A DNA stretch of 64,000 bases from Nannocystis bainbridge (GTDB taxonomy: Bacteria; Myxococcota_A; Polyangia; Nannocystales; Nannocystaceae), in assembly GCF_028368995.1 (NCBI RefSeq), contig NZ_JAQNDL010000003.1, positions 1,888,001 through 1,952,000 on the forward strand, given 5' to 3'. Below the pieces are notes generated by a model. That model was not told the origin of the DNA. It saw only the letters and a program-made list of their open reading frames with translations, and searched no databases. Positions within the stretch are counted from its first letter, which is position 1. Each line of letters starts with the position of its first letter. The translations under genes and the position numbers were made by a program. Of this stretch, positions 1 to 10,292 are shown in pieces.

Positions 1-1
1 C

Positions 2-1405
2 GCCGCCGCCAGGCGTGGACTCGGACTTGATCCCGCTCTTGGTCTTCTCATCCGGCAGGGAGTACGGCGGGGTGTTGAACCCGGTGTAGACGCGACCGGT
101 AATGAGCGGACGGTTGGGGTCGCCCTCGAGGAACTCGACGACCACCTCGTGCCCGATCCGTGGGATGAACATCGCCCCGAAGCCGCTGCCGGCCCAGGCC
201 TGACTGACGCGGACCCAGCACGAACTGCCCTCGTCGTGTGCACCGCGGCGGTCCCAGTGGAACTGGACCTTCACGCGGCCGTGCTCGTCGACGAACACCT
301 CCTCGCCGCCCGGACCGACCACGGTCGCCGTCTGCGCCCCGTGGACGACGGGGCTCGGCGTGACCCGTGGCGCCCGATACGGGATCCGCTTGTCGGCGCA
401 CTCGAACTGGTTGCCGTAATGAAAATGGCCGGCCGCGCCCTCGTCGAGCGCCTGGGGCTGCTCACCGCGGTGGACGACGCCGATGATTCGGTAGTCGCCC
501 TCGAGGTGCGTTCGAGTGGCGTCCGCCAGCGTGAACGCGAGCCCTGGCGTCAATCGTGGGCTGTCGCTGGTGCCGCTCCCGCGCCTGCGGGTCGCCTGCA
601 GCGCCTCGAGGCGGAGACGCGCCTGCTGGTCGCCCTTGTGCGGAGCGTCCTTGCCGAGCTCGGTGAAGGCGCCCGGGTACTCGTAGATCTCACTGTCCGC
701 ACCGGCTCCCGCGGTCGCCTCCATCGGCTGTCCGGGTTGGTGCAGGCTCTTGTCGCGCACCGTCACCCGCCGGGGGCGAACGCTCTCCGTCAGGCGGAAC
801 TGAAGAATACGCTCCTGCTCGTCCTCGGCGGTAAGGCGCAACGTGGCGTCGCCCGGGATGGGAGCGGCGAAGTCACCGTGGTCCGTCATCGTCACGACGT
901 GCTTGTCTTCGCGGTGCTCGAAATAATAGAAGATCCCCGACTGCTCCATCAGCCGGCTGATGAAATCGAAGTCGCTCTCGCGGTATTGAGCGCAGTAGCC
1001 ATGAGGGACGTAGTTGGCCCGCAGGTCGAAGCGAAAGTCGGAGCGAGCGATCCCAGCGGTCTCGAGCACCTTCGCAAGGATCTGCGGCGTCGTGAGCTCC
1101 TGAAAGATCCGGCAGCCGACGCGCTGGAGCAGGCGCCAGATCGCAGGCACGAGCTTCAACTCGCAGAGGGTATAGCTCGACGACTCGCCGATATACCCGG
1201 CCTCACAGATGAACGCATGAATGTGGCGCGTCGCGTGCAGTCCTTCGATCGACAAGACCGCGAAACGACCAGCCAGGGCGTCGAGCGGCAGCGTCGGCGA
1301 GGCGATCTCGACGACAAACTCGAACAGCGAGGAGATAGCTTCATGTCCGCTGAAGCGAACGACGCGCAGCTCCTCGTCGCAGCCCTTGACCGTGAGTGTG
1401 AACAT
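2..1405 (-). CDS. vgrG: Type VI secretion tip protein VgrG/TssI (3' end runs off the window)
   Basis: Manual minus-strand translation starts MFTLTVKGCDEELRVVRFSGHEAISSLFEFVVEI and later reads SSCWVRVSQAWAGSGFGAMFIPRIGHEVVVEFLEGDPNRPLITGRVY (Gp5 OB-fold signature). Missing from the ORF track because its stop lies outside the window. Confidence 0.95.
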   Translation of the reverse strand, partial: MFTLTVKGCDEELRVVRFSGHEAISSLFEFVVEIASPTLPLDALAGRFAVLSIEGLHATRHIHAFICEAGYIGESSSYTLCELKLVPAIWRLLQRVGCRIFQELTTPQILAKVLETAGIARSDFRFDLRANYVPHGYCAQYRESDFDFISRLMEQSGIFYYFEHREDKHVVTMTDHGDFAAPIPGDATLRLTAEDEQERILQFRLTESVRPRRVTVRDKSLHQPGQPMEATAGAGADSEIYEYPGAFTELGKDAPHKGDQQARLRLEALQATRRRGSGTSDSPRLTPGLAFTLADATRTHLEGDYRIIGVVHRGEQPQALDEGAAGHFHYGNQFECADKRIPYRAPRVTPSPVVHGAQTATVVGPGGEEVFVDEHGRVKVQFHWDRRGAHDEGSSCWVRVSQAWAGSGFGAMFIPRIGHEVVVEFLEGDPNRPLITGRVYTGFNTPPYSLPDEKTKSGIKSESTPGGG

Positions 1406-1742
1406 CGCCCGATTGCCCAATAACGACGATGGCCTGGCCGAAGACACGGTGTTGGGGCCATATCACGCACCTTGCGGACGGGACAAGCGTCTGTGTGGGC
1501 TCGCTATCGCGCAGGCTGTCACGAGCGGTCATATAGGCAGGAAGATCGGGCGCATGGGAGTTCGCTGGCGCTGTCCGGGGACCCGCAGTTGGCCATCGAA
1601 CATGGCTGCCTGGCCCTTGCGCCCTTTCGCGCTCAGAGCGTTCCAAAGATCGTTCGCGGAAGTGAGAGTCGGTCGGCCACGGGCCCGAGGGCCGCCTCCC
1701 GGGCTCCTTTACGGGGCGTGGCCTCACGGTTAGCCTCCTCAG

Positions 1743-3407
1743 GTGAAGTTCACCGAGGAGCAGCTCGACGAGGTCGAGCCGACGGAGGCGCACGAGACCT
1801 CCACCGTGCACCAACCGTCGCGGGCGGATACACGGGCCGGGCTCCTGATCGCCGAGCGCTACCGAATCATGGAGCGCCTGGGCAAGGGTGGAATGGCGGC
1901 TGTGTATCGTGCTGTCGACCGCGAGTCGGGCGTGGAGTACGCGGTAAAATTCCTCGACCGTCGATTCACGGCCGACCCCGGCATGGGGCGACGCTGTCAG
2001 CGCGAAGCGCGGACCATGGCTGAGATCGAGAGTCGCCACGTGCCTCGTGCCTTCGTGGTCGGGACTACGCCGGATAACGAAATCTACTTCGTGTTGGAGT
2101 TCCTGCGCGGGAGCGATCTCGAGCAAGTGCTCATGCGCCAGGGCCCACTTCCGTGGCGCCGGGCCGCGGCGATCGGACTCCAGCTGTGCGAGGCTTTGGC
2201 GGCGGCTCATGCCCGCAACATTATCCACCGCGACGTCAAGCCGTCGAACTGCTTCCTCGTCGAAGGCGGTGACGCAGCCGACGATTTCGTGAAGTTGATC
2301 GACTTCGGGATCGCCAAGGACCTCGACGCGAGCGGCGAGCAGACCGGCCTCGGGCTGGTACTCGGGACGCCGGGTTACGTGGCTCCTGAGCTGCTCGCAG
2401 GCGAGGCGCGGCCATCGCCGGGGACCGATGTGTATGGCCTCGGCGTGACGATCTACAAGTTGATGACCGGACGGCTACCCTGGCAGCCGGGTAGCGCGGG
2501 CGATGTGACGTTTGCGCAGATGCACGAGTCGCCGCGGCCGCTCCACGAGCACGTGCGCGGGGCGCTGCCGCCGCCGGTCGAGGCGGCGGTGATGCAGGCG
2601 TTCGAGCGCGATCCGTCGCGGCGCTTCCGCTCGGTCGACGAGGTGATGGCTGCCCTGCGGCTGGCGCTCGATGAGCCGCGCGCGGTGCCGCCGAGCGGCT
2701 CGGTGCTGCGGGAGGCGCCGGTGCCGGTGTCTGCGCCAGCGCCTGGGTGGCGTCGTGAGACGGCGATCGTGATGGTGACGGCTGCGGCGCTGTTCGGAGG
2801 GGCGTGGTCCCTGGCGCCGACGGAGAAGCCGGGACATGGCGGATCTGGTCGGGTGCTGCTGTCCGCCGTGCGGCCGACGCCGACGCACCAGTTGCTCGTG
2901 CGCGAGGCGACAATCGCCGGGGACAGAATGCGCAAGCCTGTGGTGAACGCGGCGGATGAGGCGGCGCGTGGTGAGGTGGAGCGCGTCGAGGCCCCGGGCG
3001 AAGGTCTGGCGCGTGAAGCTCCGCCAGCGCCGGTGGCGGAGGTCGCGGCTCCGGCTGCTTCGCCGCCCCAAGAGCCGGCGCAGGTGCCGGCGCGGCCTTT
3101 CTCGGCCAGCAAGGTGCGAGCGCAGCTCGATCGGCGCCTCGCTGATCTGCGGGTGTGCGCGATGCCGGGCACGGACCGACTGCGCTTCACGTTAAAAGTG
3201 AGTCCGGAAGGGTCGGTCCACGAGGTGCAGGCGTCGCCGGCGTCGTATCGTCAGTGCGTGCTCGATCAGCTCGCCGGTGCGGTGTTCCTGGCGACCGATG
3301 ACGGCGGAGAGCTGACGTACACGTTCACGGCCAAGGACGCGCCGAAGAGCAAGAATCCGTCGAAGGGCGATCCGACGGACGACCTCCTGCCGGTGGGGCA
3401 AAAGTGA
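1743..3407 (+). CDS. Membrane Ser/Thr protein kinase with C-terminal AgmX/PglI (TonB-C)-like domain
   Basis: LGKGGMAAVY, AVK, HRDVKPSN, DFG, GTPGYVAPE; TM segment; Pro/Ala linker; two-Cys C-terminal domain. Confidence 0.93.
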   Translation: MKFTEEQLDEVEPTEAHETSTVHQPSRADTRAGLLIAERYRIMERLGKGGMAAVYRAVDRESGVEYAVKFLDRRFTADPGMGRRCQREARTMAEIESRHVPRAFVVGTTPDNEIYFVLEFLRGSDLEQVLMRQGPLPWRRAAAIGLQLCEALAAAHARNIIHRDVKPSNCFLVEGGDAADDFVKLIDFGIAKDLDASGEQTGLGLVLGTPGYVAPELLAGEARPSPGTDVYGLGVTIYKLMTGRLPWQPGSAGDVTFAQMHESPRPLHEHVRGALPPPVEAAVMQAFERDPSRRFRSVDEVMAALRLALDEPRAVPPSGSVLREAPVPVSAPAPGWRRETAIVMVTAAALFGGAWSLAPTEKPGHGGSGRVLLSAVRPTPTHQLLVREATIAGDRMRKPVVNAADEAARGEVERVEAPGEGLAREAPPAPVAEVAAPAASPPQEPAQVPARPFSASKVRAQLDRRLADLRVCAMPGTDRLRFTLKVSPEGSVHEVQASPASYRQCVLDQLAGAVFLATDDGGELTYTFTAKDAPKSKNPSKGDPTDDLLPVGQK

Positions 3408-4669
3408 CGGCGCCGACGATGGTCGCTCCTCCCGAGCTCCCTCGACGGGTCCGCATCGGGGCGGGTTTAACGCTCATTTCCGGGGTCGTCGGGCTCGGCG
3501 TCAGCGCGTGGCTCGTTCGGCTCAAGTTCGGCGCCGACTACCTGTGCGACGCGAGCGGATGCACCGGCGGCGACGACGGGCCGTCATGCACCGAGGCGCT
3601 GAGTAGCGCGTGGTCGGAGCTGCTCGGGCTGCCGCTCGGAGTGTGGTCGATCGGACATGTTCTCACGACCATGGTGCTCGCGGCGGCTCTGCTGCGCGGG
3701 CGCGGTCCGCTGGCCGAGGTCGCTCCACGCGGGCTGCTGGGGCTCGGCGCGTTCGGGATCACGGCGTCGGCGGTGCTGGGGACCTATGCGTTCACCCAGT
3801 TCACGCACATGTGCCCGTTCTGCATGACGCTGTACGCGACGTTGACGTGTGCGTTCGTCGGCGCGTGGCTGGTTCATGGGACTTCGACCGCGAGCGCCGG
3901 CGGGCCGCGGATCCGCGGGACGTTCTGGGCGACGATGATCTGGGTGCTGACGACCGGCGGGCTCGCGGTCGGCTATCAGCTCGCGGCGCGCAGGGCGAGC
4001 TGCCCGCCCCCGCCGCCCAATCCGCCGCCGGTCACGCTCGCAGCGACGGTCGACGCGCCGCGCACCGCGGTGATGCTGTTCGTCGACCCGACATGCCCCC
4101 TATGTCGGCGAGAGCTGCACTACTTGCAGCAATCGCTGCCGCGGTTGCGCGCGCACGGGGCCGAGCTGTGGGTGTACATGTTCCCACGCGCGAGCTGTGA
4201 CGAGCGGTTCCTGCCGTCGCACGAGTTCGTCGACACCGAGGGAAGGCCGCAGGCGCACGGCGAGGCGCGCGGGAACAACGCGTGCCTCGGGGCGCTGGCG
4301 GCGTTGTGCGCGGAGCAGCTGGCTCCCGGGCGTGGGCTCGAGGCGCTCGCGGCGCTGTTCGACCTGCAGGACACGGAGGCGCCGCGGTTCACGATCGAGA
4401 AGGTGGAGCGAGCGCTCGGCGAGGTCACGGAGACGCTGGGGCCGGGCGGGAAGCTGCGCACGTGCGTCGACGGTGAGGATGCGGCGGCGACGCTGGCGGC
4501 CCAGCAGCGCTACTTGCTCTCGTGGGTGAAGGCGCGAGGCGGACGGGTGAGCGTTCCGCAGGCGTTCGTGGTCCCCATCGTCGATGAGGCGCTGCACCTC
4601 GACGACGCGATGCCGGCGACGAGCGCAGGGAAGCTCCTCAAGCTCGTCGAAGCGCCTGGATCGAAGTGA
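3404..4669 (+). CDS. VKOR (vitamin K epoxide reductase) fused to DsbA-like thioredoxin domain
   Basis: TM helices, SC..AL.SAWSELLGLPL, CPFC (VKOR), then FVDPTCPLC...YMFP thioredoxin motif; overlaps kinase stop. Confidence 0.88.
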   Translation: MTAPTMVAPPELPRRVRIGAGLTLISGVVGLGVSAWLVRLKFGADYLCDASGCTGGDDGPSCTEALSSAWSELLGLPLGVWSIGHVLTTMVLAAALLRGRGPLAEVAPRGLLGLGAFGITASAVLGTYAFTQFTHMCPFCMTLYATLTCAFVGAWLVHGTSTASAGGPRIRGTFWATMIWVLTTGGLAVGYQLAARRASCPPPPPNPPPVTLAATVDAPRTAVMLFVDPTCPLCRRELHYLQQSLPRLRAHGAELWVYMFPRASCDERFLPSHEFVDTEGRPQAHGEARGNNACLGALAALCAEQLAPGRGLEALAALFDLQDTEAPRFTIEKVERALGEVTETLGPGGKLRTCVDGEDAAATLAAQQRYLLSWVKARGGRVSVPQAFVVPIVDEALHLDDAMPATSAGKLLKLVEAPGSK

Positions 4670-5691
4670 GGATGACGATGTCGATCGATCTGACGACCAG
4701 GGCCTTGATCGTGCTGACGACTGCGATCTGGGTGATGGTGTTGCTCGTGCTCTATCCGGTATTCTTTCTGCCGACGATGGTCGTCGACGAGGGCGAAGGA
4801 GCGCGGGTTTGCGATCCGCGCCGGCCGGACGAGGAGCAATGTCCCGAGGGGCAGTGGTGTGTTCATGGACAGTGCACGCCTCACGAAGAGCCGCAGGTGG
4901 CGCAGCGAGGCGAGCAGTGCCGCGATTGTCCGTGCGACGTCGGTTTGCAGTGCGGCGCGGATCTTCGCTGCCGGCCGCGCAACGAGACGGAGGCGCCCGC
5001 GCCGACGTGCGGCGATCCGGCCGTCGAGGCGGCGGTCGCGCGACTGACGCAAACGTGCCTGCAGCGCCGGCACAGTGTGCAGGACCAGGTCGAGGGCGGA
5101 CAGGGATGCAGCGCCGACGAATGGCGGGCGCTGCTCGCCGACGACGAGCAGATGAACACGCTGTTGGCTGCGTTCCCGGATCGGCTGGCGATGTTCTTCC
5201 CGTCGGGTGAACCGCGCGCCCGACAGGCGTGGCCCGATCCCCAGACGCGGGCGCACATGGCCGGCGAGCTGGCGCGCCACGCCGAGGCGCTGCGCGAGGC
5301 GAAGATGTTGTTCGTGCTCGGCCGCGCGAGCCCCGACGGCAACCCGGCCGACGACTACGCACTCGCTCTGCGGCGGATCAATGCGGTCGAGCGGCTGATC
5401 GACGTCGCGCTCGGTCGCGAGAAGCCGAGCGAGCGCAGTGCCGGCCCGATGCTCATCGGCTCGGGCGCGCCTAGCGATCGGCCGGTCGCGCTCGAGGCGT
5501 TCGTTCATAACTATGCGGGGACGCAGGCGCCGATCGCTACTTCCCGGGCGGAGAGCGAGCGCCTCGCCGCCGCGTTCGCGGCGATCCGCGCCGGCGAACC
5601 GGTGCCGGGCCGACGCTCGCTCGAGCGCGATGTCAACCGCGTGGTCCTGGTGATCCCGGTGCCGTGCGACGGCACGAAGGAGGCCCGATGA
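4666..5691 (+). CDS. Membrane-anchored Cys-rich protein with OmpA-like C-terminal domain
   Basis: N-terminal TM, Cys-rich region, GRASPDGNPADDYALALRRINAV and NRVV resemble OmpA_C motifs. Confidence 0.65.
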   Translation: MRMTMSIDLTTRALIVLTTAIWVMVLLVLYPVFFLPTMVVDEGEGARVCDPRRPDEEQCPEGQWCVHGQCTPHEEPQVAQRGEQCRDCPCDVGLQCGADLRCRPRNETEAPAPTCGDPAVEAAVARLTQTCLQRRHSVQDQVEGGQGCSADEWRALLADDEQMNTLLAAFPDRLAMFFPSGEPRARQAWPDPQTRAHMAGELARHAEALREAKMLFVLGRASPDGNPADDYALALRRINAVERLIDVALGREKPSERSAGPMLIGSGAPSDRPVALEAFVHNYAGTQAPIATSRAESERLAAAFAAIRAGEPVPGRRSLERDVNRVVLVIPVPCDGTKEAR

Positions 5692-5849
5692 CGGCTCGAG
5701 CGGCTCGACGTGTGTTGTTGGCGGCAGCGCTCGCGGCGACGGTGGCGGTGTTCGCCGCAGCCGTCGGCATCTGGCATCTCAGGCAGCTCGAGGACAGGTT
5801 CTCGGGGACACGCCGCGCGTGCGAGTGCTGTGAGGAGTCGGAGCGGTGA
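5688..5849 (+). CDS. Small membrane protein with CECC tail
   Basis: RBS AAGGAGG, ATGA/GTGA overlaps with both neighbours, one TM helix. Confidence 0.6.
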   Translation: MTARAARRVLLAAALAATVAVFAAAVGIWHLRQLEDRFSGTRRACECCEESER

Positions 5850-7069
5850 AGACGACACCGCTGCCGTCCGAGGCCGGGGCGCCGCACGCGTGGGTGTGGG
5901 GGGCGTTCGTGCTCTTGATTTCGGTCGGCGTGCTCTCCGCCCTGACGCTCGTGCTGACCTGGCGGATCGCCGAGCGGACCGAGGCCCTCGAGAAGTTGCG
6001 GGCGCGTGCAGCCTCGTGCCCCGCGCCCGTGCGCTTGCCGTCCGAGCGTCACGTCGAAGTCGAGGAAGCGCCCCCGCCGCCTCCCAGCGCGCCGCTCGGG
6101 TCCGGCTCCTACGTCGCGGCGGGTGTCGACCTCGGGCCGCTGATGCGCCTGCGACTTGAGCGCGTGCGCCAGGGATCGCCGGCGGGTACGGTGCGCTTTG
6201 GCTCGTCGGAGGTGCTGTCGCCGCGGGCGGTGCACGTGATCAGCCTGTGGGCACCATGGTGCGTCGCCTGCAAGGAGGTCCTGCCGGACCTGCGCGAGCT
6301 GTTCGAGCGGCGCGGCGCGAGCTGGGGCGACTCGGTGCGGTTCCTGCCGGTCCAGGTGCTCGACCCGACCGCGCCCGAGGACGCGATCCGTACGTGGGGG
6401 CCGCTCATGCCCGCCAGTCATGTGCAGGTCGCCGACCGCTCGCTCGCGGACAGCTTCGTCGCCGCGCTACGCGACGACTCGCGCCGTCTCTACCAGGGGA
6501 CGTTGCCGGTGACGCTGGCGCTCGACTGCAACCGACGTGTCCGATGGGCCAGGATCGGCGTGCCCGGGGAGACCGAGCTGAAGGAGCTCGAGGACTGGCT
6601 CGACACCTTCCGCGCCGAGATCACCGACGGCGATCCGCGCTGCCGGCAGATCTGGTGCGGGAACGGCCGCTGCGAGGCCGGCGAGACCGGGCGCTGCGAG
6701 GAAGACTGCGGCACACCCGCCGAAACGGCGCCGAGCGAGCGCGTGGTGTCGGGACCCACCGAGGTCGCGGTCGTCGGGCCGAACGAGATCGCCGCGGATG
6801 ATCCCGCCAAGCGTCCCTCCAAGCGGAAGCCGTGCCCACAAGAGTGCCCTCGCTGCGATGAGAAGGGCCGGTGCTTGACGCTATGGGGCGGGTCGGAGGC
6901 GCCGGCGACCACGGCCCCCGTATTCACCTGCGGCGATGGTCACTGCGATCCTCGCGAGGACCAGAAGACGTGTTGCCGTGACTGCGGCTGCAAGGGCTCT
7001 CTGCAATGCCGGCGCGCCGAAGGCGGGCGCGACGTCTGCGTGCCCGCGAACGGACTGTGGTCGGACTAA
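5846..7069 (+). CDS. TlpA/ResA-like thioredoxin with Cys-rich C-terminal repeats
   Basis: N-terminal TM; SLWAPWCVACKEVLP; LPVT; CGNGRCE/CGDGHCD repeats. Confidence 0.8.
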   Translation: MKTTPLPSEAGAPHAWVWGAFVLLISVGVLSALTLVLTWRIAERTEALEKLRARAASCPAPVRLPSERHVEVEEAPPPPPSAPLGSGSYVAAGVDLGPLMRLRLERVRQGSPAGTVRFGSSEVLSPRAVHVISLWAPWCVACKEVLPDLRELFERRGASWGDSVRFLPVQVLDPTAPEDAIRTWGPLMPASHVQVADRSLADSFVAALRDDSRRLYQGTLPVTLALDCNRRVRWARIGVPGETELKELEDWLDTFRAEITDGDPRCRQIWCGNGRCEAGETGRCEEDCGTPAETAPSERVVSGPTEVAVVGPNEIAADDPAKRPSKRKPCPQECPRCDEKGRCLTLWGGSEAPATTAPVFTCGDGHCDPREDQKTCCRDCGCKGSLQCRRAEGGRDVCVPANGLWSD

Positions 7070-8274
7070 AACCGGCCCTCGACGACAAGGGCGCCACCGC
7101 CGACGCGGACTTGTGGTCCCGCCGACACGAGGAAGCGGCCGCTCCGATCGAGCATCAGGCCCGTGATTGCGCTGGCCAGAGCGCCGGCGCCGAGGCCCAG
7201 GAACGTGGCGCCGGTCGTGTGCGCCGCGCTGGCGCCGTTGATCGCGCGGCGATCGTCGTCTGTCCAGGGGGACGGGTCGTTGTGCCGGCCGGATGCCTGG
7301 GCGCCGAGGCCGAGGGCGACCGCGCCACCGATCGTCGACAGGCCGCCGACCGAGGCGGCGATGATCCAGCCGATCCGGCGCTTGCGAGGCTCCTTGACCC
7401 GGGCGACCAGGCCTCCGACCAGCGCGCCGGCACCGACGCCGAGCACGGCGGCGCCCGACGCTCGCAACGTCCCGGCCGCATCGAGCTCGCGACGGCACGC
7501 CTCGACGGGAAAAAGCGAATCGTCGGACTGGCACGCCTCCACAGGTCCGTTGAGCCGCGACGACCATCGGCCCTGCCCGATGCCGAGCAGGGTCCCGCCG
7601 ACGACCATCCCGGCGACGCCGGCGCCGCTCCAGCCGAGTGTGAAACGTCGGAGCGCGCGAGCGTCCTGGCGCAGCCGGAGATCCAGGACCGCCGGGGTCG
7701 TCGTGGACGCCTCGACCCGGATTTCGTGCGTGATGGGCTCGAAGCGCGGATCGTCGACGCGGATCTTCCACCCGCCCGGGTCGAGCGAGAGGACGGTGTG
7801 CTCGCCCGGGCGGACCGTGATGGTGAGATCCGGTCGAACATCGGACGCGAAGGCGGAGACGAACGTGAGGGTAACGGAGAGCGGAGCGTCGAGCGGGCGC
7901 TGCGTTCGCAGCTCGAGCGGCACCGGCCTGGTCTCCGCCCGGGCGGTCCGCAGGAGGGCCGTCGCCTCCTCGCGCTGGGCGGCGGTCAGACCAGGTAGCG
8001 CGAGCAGGGCCTCGAGATGCACGACGACGTGGGCGTGGTGACTGAGGGCGACACGCGAGACTGCTGCATTGAACAGGTCGGCTGCCCCATGTCCTTCGCG
8101 CCACAACGCCTCGAACTCCAGCGCGGCCTCGCCGAAGTGACCGTGCTCGAACGCCGTGCGGGCCCGACCGCGGCGCTCGCTCCCGGGGTCGCTCGTGCCT
8201 GCGGCTGGCGACGCCGAGCCGGCGGGGACGGATGGCGTCAGGAGCAGGAGAGCGGCCAGGAGGACGCAGACCAT
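7066..8274 (-). CDS. Secreted TPR/PEGA-like protein ending in GRF
   Basis: Signal peptide, TPR-like AALEFEALW...LFNAA, Gly-rich hydrophobic C-terminal region; same architecture as 46767-48347. Confidence 0.7.
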   Translation of the reverse strand: MVCVLLAALLLLTPSVPAGSASPAAGTSDPGSERRGRARTAFEHGHFGEAALEFEALWREGHGAADLFNAAVSRVALSHHAHVVVHLEALLALPGLTAAQREEATALLRTARAETRPVPLELRTQRPLDAPLSVTLTFVSAFASDVRPDLTITVRPGEHTVLSLDPGGWKIRVDDPRFEPITHEIRVEASTTTPAVLDLRLRQDARALRRFTLGWSGAGVAGMVVGGTLLGIGQGRWSSRLNGPVEACQSDDSLFPVEACRRELDAAGTLRASGAAVLGVGAGALVGGLVARVKEPRKRRIGWIIAASVGGLSTIGGAVALGLGAQASGRHNDPSPWTDDDRRAINGASAAHTTGATFLGLGAGALASAITGLMLDRSGRFLVSAGPQVRVGGGALVVEGRF

Positions 8275-8410
8275 GGGCCCGGGAGTGTACGGAAAACGAG
8301 CGACGAACGCGAGGCCCAACCGGAGTTGGGACCCCCAACCCGGATTGGGGGCGCATGCGCACGTGCGAGGCGTTGATCGCCCGAGATCCCTGTTTTAGAG
8401 TCTGCTGGTG

Positions 8411-9958
8411 ATGCGCGTTGACGTGCGACTCGGCCTCCTGCTCGCCCTCGGCGGTCTGAGCTGCCTCAAGATCGATTTTCCGCCCGCGGACGATCCGTAC
8501 TGGCAGTGCAACGAGGACCACGTGTGCGACGCGGACGAGAATCAGGTCGTCTGCCCGTCGGACTGCGTGTGGAGGGACGAGACGGGCGAGGGCCCCGCGG
8601 CGGCGGTGTGCGACGCGCAGGAGAACTGGACCTTCGTCCAGGCGTGTCTGGGCACGTGCGGGAACGGGCAAGAGGACGAGACGGCGGAGACGTGCCCCCG
8701 CGACTTCCCAGGTCCGGGCTGCGGCGACGGCGTGTGCGCGCCCAACGAGGACCCCGCGCGCTGCCCGATCGAGTGTCACGCCGGGAGCTGCGGCGACGGG
8801 ACGTGCGAGCTGCACGAGAACGCCGCCATCTGCGCCGAGGACTGCACGCCCGGGTGCGGCGACGGGGTGTGTCAAGCGGACGAGGAGTCCACGTGCGGGC
8901 GAGACTGCGTCCCCTGCACCGGCGATTCATGTGTCTGCGGGGACATGGTCTGCGGGACAGGCGAGTCGATGATGAGCTGCCCGCAGGACTGCACCGAGCC
9001 CTTCTGCGGCAACGGGGCGGTGGAAGAGGGCGAGCCGTGCGACGACGGGAACGACGTCGACACCGACGCCTGCACCAATAACTGCGCCATGGCGACCTGC
9101 GGCGACGGCATCGTGTGGACCAGCGAAGAGCAGTGCGACGACGGCCCCGACAATGGCCCTGGCAAGGCGTGCAGCGCGATGTGCGAGGCCAGCACTTGTG
9201 GCGACGGCGACGTCGGTCCCGGTGAGACGTGCGACGACGGGAACGCGGACGACACCGATGATTGCGTAGCCTGCCAGGATGCGTCGTGCGGCGACGGACT
9301 GGTCCAGGCGGGTGTGGAGGGGTGCGACGACGGGAATGACGTCGACACCGACACCTGCACGAACGATTGCGAGTCGGCGAAGTGCGGGGACAGCATTGTC
9401 CAGGACGGCGTGGAGGAGTGCGACGACGGGAATCAGGTCGACGGCGACGGTTGCTTCGAGTGCAAGAAGCCGCGGCGAGTGATCTTCGTGACGAGCGCCG
9501 TGTTCAGTGGCAACCTCGGGGGCCTAAGCGGCGCGGACGTGAAGTGCGTGACGGCCGCGACCGGTGCCGGGCTAGCGAATGAAGCGAGCTTCAAGGCTTG
9601 GCTGTCGAGCCAGCTAAACGGGCCCGCGAGCCGGATCGACACCCAGTACCTGGGGATGTACGTGCTGACCGACGGGACCCCGGTGGCCGAGAACGGCTGG
9701 GCCGACCTGACCGATGGCGAGCTCGCGCATGCCGTCGACCTGACCGAGGCGAAGGTGAAGGTGAACTCGGCCCCGTGGACGAACACGAGGACCGACGGAA
9801 CCCCCGGCGAGAACCACTGCGACGGCTGGAACGACTCGACGCCCCAGGTCTCCGGCGGTTTCGGTTTTACGAACGTGACCGATCCGACCTGGACCGACGC
9901 GATGAGCACGGCCCCGTGCTCCAGCTCTGCCCCCATCTACTGCATCGAGGACCCGTGA
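8411..9958 (+). CDS. Lipoprotein with myxobacterial Cys-rich repeats (DUF4215-like) and C-terminal DUF1554/C-type-lectin-like domain
   Basis: Lipobox GLSC; CGDG/CDDGN repeats; IFVTS..FSGNLGGLSGAD..C, W....DG, IYCIE. Confidence 0.85.
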   Translation: MRVDVRLGLLLALGGLSCLKIDFPPADDPYWQCNEDHVCDADENQVVCPSDCVWRDETGEGPAAAVCDAQENWTFVQACLGTCGNGQEDETAETCPRDFPGPGCGDGVCAPNEDPARCPIECHAGSCGDGTCELHENAAICAEDCTPGCGDGVCQADEESTCGRDCVPCTGDSCVCGDMVCGTGESMMSCPQDCTEPFCGNGAVEEGEPCDDGNDVDTDACTNNCAMATCGDGIVWTSEEQCDDGPDNGPGKACSAMCEASTCGDGDVGPGETCDDGNADDTDDCVACQDASCGDGLVQAGVEGCDDGNDVDTDTCTNDCESAKCGDSIVQDGVEECDDGNQVDGDGCFECKKPRRVIFVTSAVFSGNLGGLSGADVKCVTAATGAGLANEASFKAWLSSQLNGPASRIDTQYLGMYVLTDGTPVAENGWADLTDGELAHAVDLTEAKVKVNSAPWTNTRTDGTPGENHCDGWNDSTPQVSGGFGFTNVTDPTWTDAMSTAPCSSSAPIYCIEDP

Positions 9959-10292
9959 AAGCGGCGTGAGCACGGTCGGGCGGACCTGACTGACGGGACT
10001 CTCTTGCACGCCATTGAAGAGAAATGAAAACGATCTGCCGATGGGTCGGCGGCCGCCCGGCGGGGCGCGCAGCGTGTAGGGCCGGTGGCGTTGGAGGGCG
10101 TGGTGTTGAGGAGGCGCTTCAGGTCCAGATCGTGCCCGGGGCCTAACGCAACAGAGTAGGTCCATCCCGACTCCCCGAGAAGTATAAGTGCATGTAAACA
10201 AGCCCGACATGAGATTGAGGACGACGTTCGGCGAGGGAACGTGAATTTGCCCTTGCCTTTTTGAGATACGCCCTCCTTATACGGCGAGACGC

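Noticed and set aside
149-1423. 424-aa plus-strand ORF
   Set aside because: Antisense shadow of vgrG; no motifs.
10242-10255. TGAATTTGCCCTT resembling TGAATTTGGCTTT at 42602 as a possible attL
   Set aside because: Short and mismatched; TGAATTTG also occurs inside the integrase gene, so chance is likely.
9960-10290. Possible ncRNA or small ORF in the AT-richer gap
   Set aside because: No convincing structure or RBS-supported ORF; probably just promoter DNA.
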